DNA of 64,000 bases, taken from positions 887 to 64,886 of the forward strand of contig JBBCJA010000018.1 of the NCBI GenBank assembly GCA_037189585.1, given 5' to 3'. The translations under genes were made by a program, and so were the position numbers. This document shows, in pieces, positions 24,965 to 33,418 of the stretch. The notes below the pieces were generated by a model that saw only the letters and a list, made by a program, of their open reading frames with translations, searched no databases and was not told the DNA's origin. Position 1 is the first letter of the stretch. Every line of letters starts with the position of its first letter. Origin of the DNA: Selenomonadaceae bacterium. Lineage in GTDB: Bacteria; Vulcanimicrobiota; Xenobia; Xenobiales; JADMJV01.

Positions 24965-27511
24965 ATGACATCGACCTCCCCCTTTGGCGAGATCCTCGCC
25001 CCGGCCGGCGACCAGGCCTCTTTGGAAGCAGCTCTGGCCGCTGGTGCCGATGCCGTCTACTTTGGCTTAGACGAGGGTTTCAACGCCCGGGCGCGCGCCT
25101 CCAACTTTCGTATGGAGCGCCTGCCCGAGGTGGTGGCGATGATCCATCGCGCGGGGGCGCGCGCCTATCTAGCCTTGAACACGCTGGTCTTCGAGGAAGA
25201 GCTACCCAAGCTCGAGCCCATTCTGCGCGGTGTGGCCAAGGCCGGGGTGGAGGCCTTGATCGTGCAAGATCCCGCCTTGTGCCTCTTAGCCAAAGCTATC
25301 TGCCCCGAGCTCGAGCTTCACGCCAGCACCCAGATGACCGTCTCCAGCCCCGAGGGAGCAGCCTTCGCCGAGGAGCTCGGAGTCACGCGGGTGGTCGTGC
25401 CGCGCGAACTCTCGATCAACGAGATCCGCACCTTTCGGCAGGGCACCGAGCTGGAACTCGAGACCTTCATCATGGGCGCGCTCTGCGTCTCCTGGAGCGG
25501 TCAGTGCCTCTCCAGCGAAGCCTGGGGCGGACGCTCGGCCAACCGGGGTAAGTGCGCCCAAGCCTGTCGCCTACCCTATGAACTGGTGGTCGACGGAGAG
25601 ATTCGCCCTCTAGGAGATGTCAGTTACCTCCTGAGTCCCCAGGACCTGGCCGGCTTTCGCGCCGTCGAGGACCTGCTTGAGATTGGGGTCCACACCCTCA
25701 AGATCGAGGGGCGACAGAAAGGTCCCGACTACGTCCACCACGCGGTCAGCTCTATGCGACGCTGGGTCGACTCGGTCAAGGAGCATCGTCAGGACCCCAA
25801 GCGCCTGTCCGAGGACCTGCGCGATCTGACCATCGTCTATTCGCGCGGCTTCGGAGACGGATTCTTAGCCGGAAGCGATCACCAGACCTTAGTCGACGGA
25901 CGCACCCCTCGCCACCGCGGACTGTTCCTGGGCACCGTGGTCGACGTGGTCAAGAACAAGGTCATCGTGGACCCCACGCCCCTTCCCGTGCCCCAATCTC
26001 CCGGCACGGTCTCCTCTCCCCTCCCTCCTCTAGGCGGTGTCGGCGAGGCGGCTTCCGGCGTGCCTCCGGCTCCCTTAAAGCCCGAGGCCGGGATGGGCGT
26101 GGTCTTTTCCCAGGGCGATGAGCAAGAGCACGAGCAAGGTGGACCGATCTTTCGCGTCGACCAAAGCCTGGGCGACTGGGCTCTCACCTTCGGGCGTCCA
26201 GGACCGGACCTGCGCAAAGTGCGCAAAGGCGCCCGAGTCTATGTGACCAGCGACCCCAAGCTTGTGGTTAAAAGAATGGAGACGCCTCACTGCCGCATCC
26301 CCCTGCGCCTGGAGGTTCAAGGCAAGGAAGGCGAGCTACTCACCGTACGGGCCAACGCTCAAGGCTTCGAGGCCGAATCGGAAAGCGCGGTCGCTCTGCA
26401 GCCATCGCAAAATCGCGAATTGACCCGCGAGATCTTGACCGAAAACTTAGGGGCCCTGGGCGGAACCCCGTTTCACCTGGTTGAGATAGAGCTCGATCTT
26501 CAACCCGGTCTTTTTCTCCCTTTAGCCAACCTGCGCGAAATCCGGCGCGACATCGTGGAGCAGCTCGAGCCCTGGATCCTCGAGGGAAGCGGGCGTCGGG
26601 TGCGTAGCGCCGGCCAGCTGGAGAGCCTACGCCGGCCGACCGAACCCCGACCCTCCGACACCAAGCCCACCCTGGTCGCCTTGTGTCGCACGATGGAGCA
26701 GCTGGAGGCGGCGATCTCAAGCGGCCTGGAAGAGGTCGAGCTCGACTGGATGGAGCTCGTCGCGTTAAACGCCGCCGTCGATCGAGCGCGCGAAGCCGGT
26801 TTAAAGGTCGGACTTGCCACCGTCCGTATTCAAAAGCCGGGCGAGCAGGTTTACGACAGGCGTCTGGAGCGTTTGAAGCCCGACTCGGTCCTGCTGCGGC
26901 ACTGGGGCGGGGTCATGCACTTTCGAGAGCTCCAAGACCGGCCAGTTCTGCATGGCGACTTTTCCCTCAACGTCACCAACTCTTTGACCGCCAACCACCT
27001 ACTACGCATGGGCTTGGAAACCGTCACCGCCTCCCACGACCTGGACAAGAACCAGTTGATGGCGCTCTTGAAAGCCGTCGACCCCGCGCGAGTGGCAGTG
27101 ACCGTGCATCATCACATTCCCACTTTTCACACCGAGCACTGCGTCTACTCTCATCTGTTGAGCCAGGGACGCGACTTCCGCAGCTGCGGCCGTCCCTGCG
27201 AAGCCCACCAGGTCTCGCTCAAAGACCGGGTCGGGCTAGAGCACCCGGTGATCGTAGACGTGGGATGTCGCAACACAGTCTTCAACGCTCTAGCTCAGAG
27301 CGGCGCGTTTCTGATGTCCGATCTGGTCCAACTGGGAGTGCGCAGGTTCCGCCTCGAGTTCGTGCGAGAAAGCCGAGAGGAAACACAACGCGTGCTGCGA
27401 GGGTACGGCGAGCTTCTGCGCGGGCAGATCTCGATCGCCGAACTGATCTCTCGCCTTCAGGTGATCGAACAGTTCGGCGTGACCCGAGGAACCATGCAGC
27501 TCTTGGGTTAA
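24965..27511 (+). CDS. U32 peptidase-family protein, long two-module form (848 aa)
   Basis: The PROSITE-type U32 signature ETFIMGALCVSWSGQCLSS is present, and a second U32-like half sits near the C-terminus. ATG 24965 was chosen because the track start at 24668 overlaps the ThiF gene in another frame. Confidence 0.8.
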   Translation: MTSTSPFGEILAPAGDQASLEAALAAGADAVYFGLDEGFNARARASNFRMERLPEVVAMIHRAGARAYLALNTLVFEEELPKLEPILRGVAKAGVEALIVQDPALCLLAKAICPELELHASTQMTVSSPEGAAFAEELGVTRVVVPRELSINEIRTFRQGTELELETFIMGALCVSWSGQCLSSEAWGGRSANRGKCAQACRLPYELVVDGEIRPLGDVSYLLSPQDLAGFRAVEDLLEIGVHTLKIEGRQKGPDYVHHAVSSMRRWVDSVKEHRQDPKRLSEDLRDLTIVYSRGFGDGFLAGSDHQTLVDGRTPRHRGLFLGTVVDVVKNKVIVDPTPLPVPQSPGTVSSPLPPLGGVGEAASGVPPAPLKPEAGMGVVFSQGDEQEHEQGGPIFRVDQSLGDWALTFGRPGPDLRKVRKGARVYVTSDPKLVVKRMETPHCRIPLRLEVQGKEGELLTVRANAQGFEAESESAVALQPSQNRELTREILTENLGALGGTPFHLVEIELDLQPGLFLPLANLREIRRDIVEQLEPWILEGSGRRVRSAGQLESLRRPTEPRPSDTKPTLVALCRTMEQLEAAISSGLEEVELDWMELVALNAAVDRAREAGLKVGLATVRIQKPGEQVYDRRLERLKPDSVLLRHWGGVMHFRELQDRPVLHGDFSLNVTNSLTANHLLRMGLETVTASHDLDKNQLMALLKAVDPARVAVTVHHHIPTFHTEHCVYSHLLSQGRDFRSCGRPCEAHQVSLKDRVGLEHPVIVDVGCRNTVFNALAQSGAFLMSDLVQLGVRRFRLEFVRESREETQRVLRGYGELLRGQISIAELISRLQVIEQFGVTRGTMQLLG

Positions 27512-27526
27512 AGTCCACTGGGCGCA

Positions 27527-29797
27527 CTAGGGCTGTTCGATCAAACCCATCTCTCCATTGTATTGCGGGTAGTCCGCCGGAACACCGACCTTCACGTGAT
27601 TGGGGCCGGAGCAGAAGACTTCGTAGATCTCGTAGTCGCCGTTGTCACTCTTTCGCAGTTTGTAGGTCGAAGAGTAGGTGTCTTTCTCGGCGGCGGGGCA
27701 CTCAGGAATGGTCCTGAGGTAGTTTGGAGTCAGCTGGGTCATCGACTTGGGATAGGCTCCCGACCAATCGGTGGAATACATCTCCAAGGCCGTTCCGATA
27801 TTCTTCTGGTTCGACTTACAGGCCGTCAGTTGGCCCTGAGCCCTGGCCTTGGCGAAGTTGGGGACCATGATAGCCGCGCCAAAGCCCAACATCGGACCCG
27901 AACCGATCCCGTAGCATCGGTATTCCAGCCCATCCTGGCGGACGGCAAGCCCGGAAGCGCCTCGCAGACCGAGCTCTCGCAGCTTGTCCATCCCCGCCAA
28001 CAGAGCTGGCGCCCCCGGGTCATCTTTGGGGACAGCTTTTGTAATTGCCTCGAGCAGGGGGGTCAGGTCTAAAAAGTCAGCCTGAACCAAACTATCACCA
28101 CCCCACTCCAAGATCTTCCTCATCTCCGGCTGATCGGCTACCGAACCTTTGGAGACATCCGCCAAGGCTTTGCCTTGCGGACCATAATTGAAGAGCAGTC
28201 GAGCGGGAGCGTCGGTCTTCATCTTCAGGTCAGCCATAGGGATATCATAGACCTTCTCCTCTCCAGCCTTGGGCTCGGCTCCAGCATCCGGCAGGCCTTT
28301 GGCCAACAAGTTGTGGGCCAGGCCGATATCCTTGACCGGGGCGGCTACCACGAAAGAAGGCTGTGGTTCCGGCTCTTCATCATCTTCTGAAGAGCCTCTA
28401 GGAGGAGCCTGCAGACCTTCAGCCGAGGTGTAGGCTGGCAAGTTCTCCGCCCCGTGGTGTTGACCGATACAGGCTACCGAATAGCTGTCGGCGGTGTGCT
28501 GATAAGAGGTGGAATAGGTGTCGGAGCCAGCGCTCGGACAAAGAGGAATCGTCTTGAGATAGTTGGGGGTCAAGAGACCGACGTTGGTTGGATAGGCTCC
28601 CGACCAGTCGGTGGAATACATCTCCAAGGCTGTCCCCAGATTCTTGAGATTGGACTCACAGGCTGTCAACTGGCCCCGCGTGCGCGCCTTGCCGAAATTC
28701 GAAGTGACAACAGGACTGGTCTGCTCGATAAAGTCGCTCCCAACGGCGATCTCGCCGTCAAAGGCCGTCCATGGATTGCCGACAGCCATTAGACCCACCG
28801 AAGCCATAGCGGCCTGCTGTCGGGTCTCTGGACTCAGGGTCATGATGGCCACGACGGTGTTGAAGAACCACTCGGCATCGATGGCCTGACAGAAACTCAG
28901 CTCCTTGCCGATCCCTTCCAAGGTGGCTTTACTAACTCCACCCTTGACCAGAAGCTTCTGAGCGAGCTGGCTGTCATCTTGAGTCACCTTCAAAAATCCA
29001 TAGCTCTCCCGATCCTTGAAGTTGTAATTTCCGACCATGTAGCCCAGACAAGCCAGGCCTTTGAAGGTTCCCTCATCGGTTCCGGGCGGTTTCTGGACCT
29101 GAGCCGTCTTCACCAAGCTTGGGATATCCAGGTAGAAAGCGGCCAGAGAGCTGTCTCCGCCGACCTTACCTTTAGCTTCCACAAAGGTCTGAACTTTGTC
29201 CAGGCCCTCAGCTTGCGAGGCGGATTTGATAGCTAGCGCCGCGGCCTCGGAAGAATCTCCGAGATAGAGCCAGGACGAATCATGCCCGTAGTACTGACCC
29301 ATCGCATTAACGCGGAACGTCACATTCTCGATGGTCTCGGTTTTCTCGGACTTCGGCGCTTGGGAAGCGAGATACTTCTCCAGCCCGTCGGCGTCGCGTA
29401 GCCCGATCAAGCCGAGCATAGCCGGCTTTGGAGTATCAATTCCAGCGAAAGCCGCCCGACCGTCGAAGAACTTGACCAGATCGGCCAACGGGATACCGAG
29501 ATCTTTCTGAATATCCGCGGAAAGCTCTTCCCGCTTATCAGTCGGAACCTTAGCCAGCACATCCTTGATGTCGCTCTCGATGGCTTTCGGGTCCAACTGT
29601 CCCGACAGCTTGACCATCATGGCGAAGCGCGACTCCGCCGGAAGGTGTTTGGCCAGGTCGAAAGCCGAACCGCCAAGTCCAGCCAGGCCGGCTCCGCCCT
29701 TCTTAAAGAACCAGTAGCCTCCCCCCAGCACACCTAAAACAACTATGACGATGAGCGCCCATACCGCGGCGGCACCTCGACTCTGACAACGGGACAT
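27527..29797 (-). CDS. Membrane-anchored protein with two internal pseudopilin-like globular domains
   Basis: ATG 29797 follows GGAGGG. An N-terminal TM helix is present. Two copies of ...PNF.KAR..GQLTAC.SN.KN.GTALEMYSTDWSGAYP...LTPNYL.TIP.CP occur (aa 385-480 and 665-774). This matches the region just after the N-terminal helix of GspG-type pseudopilins, but no prepilin leader is present. Confidence 0.7.
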   Translation of the reverse strand: MSRCQSRGAAAVWALIVIVVLGVLGGGYWFFKKGGAGLAGLGGSAFDLAKHLPAESRFAMMVKLSGQLDPKAIESDIKDVLAKVPTDKREELSADIQKDLGIPLADLVKFFDGRAAFAGIDTPKPAMLGLIGLRDADGLEKYLASQAPKSEKTETIENVTFRVNAMGQYYGHDSSWLYLGDSSEAAALAIKSASQAEGLDKVQTFVEAKGKVGGDSSLAAFYLDIPSLVKTAQVQKPPGTDEGTFKGLACLGYMVGNYNFKDRESYGFLKVTQDDSQLAQKLLVKGGVSKATLEGIGKELSFCQAIDAEWFFNTVVAIMTLSPETRQQAAMASVGLMAVGNPWTAFDGEIAVGSDFIEQTSPVVTSNFGKARTRGQLTACESNLKNLGTALEMYSTDWSGAYPTNVGLLTPNYLKTIPLCPSAGSDTYSTSYQHTADSYSVACIGQHHGAENLPAYTSAEGLQAPPRGSSEDDEEPEPQPSFVVAAPVKDIGLAHNLLAKGLPDAGAEPKAGEEKVYDIPMADLKMKTDAPARLLFNYGPQGKALADVSKGSVADQPEMRKILEWGGDSLVQADFLDLTPLLEAITKAVPKDDPGAPALLAGMDKLRELGLRGASGLAVRQDGLEYRCYGIGSGPMLGFGAAIMVPNFAKARAQGQLTACKSNQKNIGTALEMYSTDWSGAYPKSMTQLTPNYLRTIPECPAAEKDTYSSTYKLRKSDNGDYEIYEVFCSGPNHVKVGVPADYPQYNGEMGLIEQP

Positions 29798-29926
29798 CGC
29801 TTCCCCCTCCATGCTAAATATGTTCTCTTGTATCACAAACCCAAGAAGCAAGATACCTATAGTAAAAAAATTAACGAAGCTTCCCTCACCAGGGAGAGCT
29901 TCCAGCGCGTCAAATCTTCTCTGACT

Positions 29927-31000
29927 GTGTCACGCAAGAAACGGCGTAAAAGAGCTCACCGAGCGCCCGTGGGAGAAGTTCCAGGGACGCTTGTCCCGGC
30001 TCCCTTCTCGACCCCGACGGAAGTTCGGATGATTCGTTACAAGTGTACCGCCTTTCGCGAGGAGACCCTGGAGCCGGTCCGCCCCTCCGAACTGGTCACG
30101 GGAGACGACATCCTCTGGGTCGATGTCGACGGGTTGGCCGACGCCGAGGCCGTGGCCAAAATTGGAGAGAGATTCACCATCCATCATCTGGCCATGGAGG
30201 ATGTGCTCTACAGCCACCAGTCCAAAGCCGATGACTTCGGAAACCACTTGCAGATCTGCTTTCCCACGCTGGCTGAAGGCGAAGCCGCCACCGAGCCCAT
30301 CTCGATGTTCGTGGGACCTCATTTTGTCCTGACCTTCCAAGCCGGTATCCCGGGCGATCCCTTCGAGCCGGTTCGAACCCGTCTCAGAGAGTCGCGTGGC
30401 CAGATCCGAGAGCGCGGTAGCGACTATCTGGCCTATGCGTTGCTCGACGCCACCATCGATGCCTACTTTCCTCTAGTGGACTCCTGGTCGGACCAACTGT
30501 TGGAACTCGAGGGAGCGGTGATGGAGCAGCCAACCCCCGAACTCTGGGGCGAAATCTGCGGACTGCGCGCGAGGGTGTTGTCTCTACGCCGCACTTTAAG
30601 GCACTTCCGCGAGGCCATCGCCATCCTGGTCCGCTACGAGGGACCTTTAATTCAGCCGGATAACCGACCCTTCTATAGCGACCTTCACGACCATCTGATG
30701 GAGCTTGTCGATGCGCTCGACGGGTTACGAGAGACCTCGGGAGAGCTGATGGGAACCTTTCACGCTCGCCAATCCCAACGCACCAACGACATTATGCAGG
30801 TGCTTACCATCATCTCCACCATCTTTATCCCGCTCTCCTTCATCGCCGGTGTCTACGGAATGAACTTCGATCGGAATTCTCCTTACAACATGCCCGAGCT
30901 AGGCTGGACCTACGGATATCCCTTCGCTCTCGGCCTGATGGGGATGCTCGGCCTGACCTTTCTCGTCTACTTTTGGCGCAAGGGGTGGATAGGACGGTAA
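29927..31000 (+). CDS. corA: CorA family magnesium/cobalt transporter
   Basis: GVYGMNF motif and two C-terminal TM helices, with an N-terminal basic KKRRKR..PGTL stretch typical of CorA. The start is uncertain (GTG 29927 chosen; track TTG 29828). Confidence 0.8.
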   Translation: MSRKKRRKRAHRAPVGEVPGTLVPAPFSTPTEVRMIRYKCTAFREETLEPVRPSELVTGDDILWVDVDGLADAEAVAKIGERFTIHHLAMEDVLYSHQSKADDFGNHLQICFPTLAEGEAATEPISMFVGPHFVLTFQAGIPGDPFEPVRTRLRESRGQIRERGSDYLAYALLDATIDAYFPLVDSWSDQLLELEGAVMEQPTPELWGEICGLRARVLSLRRTLRHFREAIAILVRYEGPLIQPDNRPFYSDLHDHLMELVDALDGLRETSGELMGTFHARQSQRTNDIMQVLTIISTIFIPLSFIAGVYGMNFDRNSPYNMPELGWTYGYPFALGLMGMLGLTFLVYFWRKGWIGR

Positions 31001-31073
31001 TCGCCACCTGGATGCGCCTTCGGTCGAAGGACTCCATTACCCTTAGTGGGCTAGAGTCACTGAAAAGCAGGAG

Positions 31074-31298
31074 ATGGAGAGTATGGAAAAGTTAAGCGAC
31101 GGCGCTATCGTGGAATGGTCTTGGGGAACCGGGGCCGAGATGGGTAAAGTACAACAGGGATTCACCGAGAAGGTCTCGCGCAACATCGACGGAGAGACGG
31201 TGACCCTGGAGGCGACTCCGGACGACCCTGTCTACCTGGTCGAGAAGCTAGATGGTAGTCAAGTGCTCAAAGTTCATTCCGAAATTCGGGTCGTGTGA
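31074..31298 (+). CDS. DUF2945 (HVA1 tudor-like) small protein
   Basis: The G..VEWSWG.G...G.V pattern followed by DDPVYLV fits that family. Confidence 0.5.
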   Translation: MESMEKLSDGAIVEWSWGTGAEMGKVQQGFTEKVSRNIDGETVTLEATPDDPVYLVEKLDGSQVLKVHSEIRVV

Positions 31299-31378
31299 CG
31301 AATCAAGGCTATTGGTATACCCCCTAAGGATACGCCGGTTCACTTCTCCAGGAAGACGCTTGGTGGAATACTTCGTGC

Positions 31379-33244
31379 ATGGCAACCCCCACAAAAACCA
31401 AGGCGAAATCCAAAAAAACCAGGACCTCAAAATCTTCCAACGGAACAGCTTCCCAAGGCCGGGCGAAAGCGAAAGCCAAGCCCAAAACAAAATCTCTCAC
31501 GACCCAGGCGGCGAGCGAGCCGAATTTACCCGGAATGGGGTCTTTAGTTCATCCTGAAGGGGTGGGCTTCCGTGTCTGGGGGGCCAACGCCGAGCGGGTC
31601 GAGGTGATGGGAGACTTCGACGAATGGCGGGGACAGGACCTCATCCATGAAGGAAACGGCTACTGGTATGGCTTCATCCCCGAGGCGAAAGTCGGTCAGC
31701 AGTATCTCTACCGGCTAAGTCACGGCGAGAGTCAGGTCACCCGCATCGATCCCTATGCTCGCAACCTGACCAACTCGGTCGGCAACGGGATCATCTATGA
31801 CCCCGAAGCTTTCGACTGGGAAGGCGATCAACGCCTACAGATGGACCGTCGCGATCTGGTCATCTACGAGATGCATCTGGGCACCTTCGCCGGCTCCTTC
31901 GCCGAGGCGGCCGAGCGGCTTCGCTACTTGGAGGCGTTAGGGGTCAATGCTATCGAGTTGATGCCGGTGACGGAATTTCCCGGCGACCTTTCCTGGGGCT
32001 ACAACCCCGCCCACCTTTTCGCCGTGGAGATGAGCTACGGCGGTCCCGACGGGCTCAAGCTTTTCGTCAAAGAGGCCCATCGCCGCGGCATAGCGGTGAT
32101 TCTCGACGTGGTTTACAACCATCTTGGGCCCGACGACCTCGATCTGTGGAACTGGGACGGCTCCGATCCGGAAGGTAGAGGCCCCTATTTCTATCCCGAC
32201 GATCGCGCCGAGACCCCCTGGGGGCACACGCGCCCGAACTATGAAAAGCCCGAGGTACGCCAATTCCTGCGCGACAACGCGCTGATGTGGCTCAACGAGT
32301 ATCATCTGGATGGACTGCGGTGCGACGCCACCGTCTACATCCGCCGTAGCCGAGCCGAGCATGAAGGCGGCTGCGACCTGCCCGAGGGGTGGAGCCTGAT
32401 GCAGTGGATCAACTCCGAGTTGCAGGCCATGGAGCCTCGTCCCATCACCATCGCCGAGGACCTGCAGAACAACGACTGGCTGACCAAACCGGTGGAGCAA
32501 GGAGGGAGCGGATACGACGCGCAGTGGGACCATCGTCTGGCCGGCCCTTTGCGGGAGATGCTGACCGACCCGAGCGACGACGCTCGTAGCGCCACTCGCC
32601 TGGCCCAGGTGCTGGAACAGTGCTACAACGGAGACGCTTACCAGTCGGTCATCTTCACCGAAAGTCACGATGAAGTGGCCAACGGAAAAGCCCGAGTTCC
32701 ACAAGAGATCGATCCCGACAACCCCACCAGCTTTTGGGCCCGCGCGCGTTCGTCCTTGGGCGCCTTCGTGGTGTTGACAGCACCGGGTATTCCGATGATT
32801 TTCCAGGGTCAGGAGCGTTTCGAGGACGGATGGTTCCGGGACGACCGGCCTTTAGATTGGTCTCCCAAAGGACGAGACCGTGACATTCTCCATCTTTATC
32901 ACGAGCTGATCCTTCTGCGCACCGGACGAGAACCCGGTGCCCCGGGGCTCAATCGCCACGGACTCGAGATCGTGGGACTGCATGAAGAGCAGGGCTGGCT
33001 GGCCTACCGTCGCTTCGACTATCACTCGGGCCATCCCGGAAGCCTGGTTCTCGTCTCGCTCAAGTGCACGTCCGTGGAAGTGGCTCTGGAGGGTCTGACT
33101 GACGGCCTTCTAGTCCCCCGCTTCTCCTCGGGCTCGGCCCTGCGCGAGGAAGACGTCCCCGAACCGGAACCGGTTCAGGTGGAGAACGGAGCTTTTCGAG
33201 CGCCTCTTCCCGGCTACTCGGTCTCTGTCTACTCCTGGGAATAA
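31379..33244 (+). CDS. GH13 alpha-amylase-family glucan enzyme with CBM48-like N-domain and a Lys-rich N-terminal tail
   Basis: GH13 regions I-IV are present: DVVYNHLG, LDGLRCDAT, ITIAEDL and FTESHDE. The CBM48-like block is GVGFRVWGANAERVEVMGDFDEW. Confidence 0.8.
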   Translation: MATPTKTKAKSKKTRTSKSSNGTASQGRAKAKAKPKTKSLTTQAASEPNLPGMGSLVHPEGVGFRVWGANAERVEVMGDFDEWRGQDLIHEGNGYWYGFIPEAKVGQQYLYRLSHGESQVTRIDPYARNLTNSVGNGIIYDPEAFDWEGDQRLQMDRRDLVIYEMHLGTFAGSFAEAAERLRYLEALGVNAIELMPVTEFPGDLSWGYNPAHLFAVEMSYGGPDGLKLFVKEAHRRGIAVILDVVYNHLGPDDLDLWNWDGSDPEGRGPYFYPDDRAETPWGHTRPNYEKPEVRQFLRDNALMWLNEYHLDGLRCDATVYIRRSRAEHEGGCDLPEGWSLMQWINSELQAMEPRPITIAEDLQNNDWLTKPVEQGGSGYDAQWDHRLAGPLREMLTDPSDDARSATRLAQVLEQCYNGDAYQSVIFTESHDEVANGKARVPQEIDPDNPTSFWARARSSLGAFVVLTAPGIPMIFQGQERFEDGWFRDDRPLDWSPKGRDRDILHLYHELILLRTGREPGAPGLNRHGLEIVGLHEEQGWLAYRRFDYHSGHPGSLVLVSLKCTSVEVALEGLTDGLLVPRFSSGSALREEDVPEPEPVQVENGAFRAPLPGYSVSVYSWE

Positions 33245-33264
33245 GTGGGACCACTACGGCTCCA

Positions 33265-33352
33265 GGATCAGAAAATTTTGGATTCCTGTCCAAAGTTCTG
33301 GGATCGGCAAGCCATTTTAGGATCAAAAATTCGGGATTCCTGTCCAAATTCT
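33265..33352. repeat. Two imperfect direct repeats of about 34 bp sharing the core GGATTCCTGTCCAAA
   Basis: 33265-33299 and 33320-33352. The 15-nt core is identical at 33280-33294 and 33334-33348. Each repeat starts with GGATCA plus an A/T-rich stretch. Confidence 0.7.
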
Positions 33353-33395
33353 AAAAAAGCGAGCCCTCGTCCTTAGGGTCGAGGGCTCGCCTTTT
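33353..33395. terminator. Bidirectional rho-independent terminator between the GH13 gene and lon
   Basis: An 11-bp stem, gcgagccctcg (33359-33369)/cgagggctcgc (33380-33390), is flanked by A6 on the left and TTTT on the right. Confidence 0.8.
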
Positions 33396-33418
33396 AGGGT
33401 CTCAGGCTCCGCTCCGTC

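Noticed and set aside
26683-27717. 344-aa Arg-rich ORF on the + strand
   Set aside because: It is an out-of-frame shadow inside the U32 gene, typical of GC-rich DNA, and has no domain signal.
33060-33347. 95-aa minus-strand ORF with a repeated DRNPEF/DRNPKF motif
   Set aside because: The repeat merely translates the two DNA direct repeats in an intergenic region. The rest overlaps the GH13 gene in antisense.
33265-33352. Possible CRISPR array
   Set aside because: There are only two full repeat copies, the spacer is 20 nt, the repeats are imperfect, and no cas genes are in the window.
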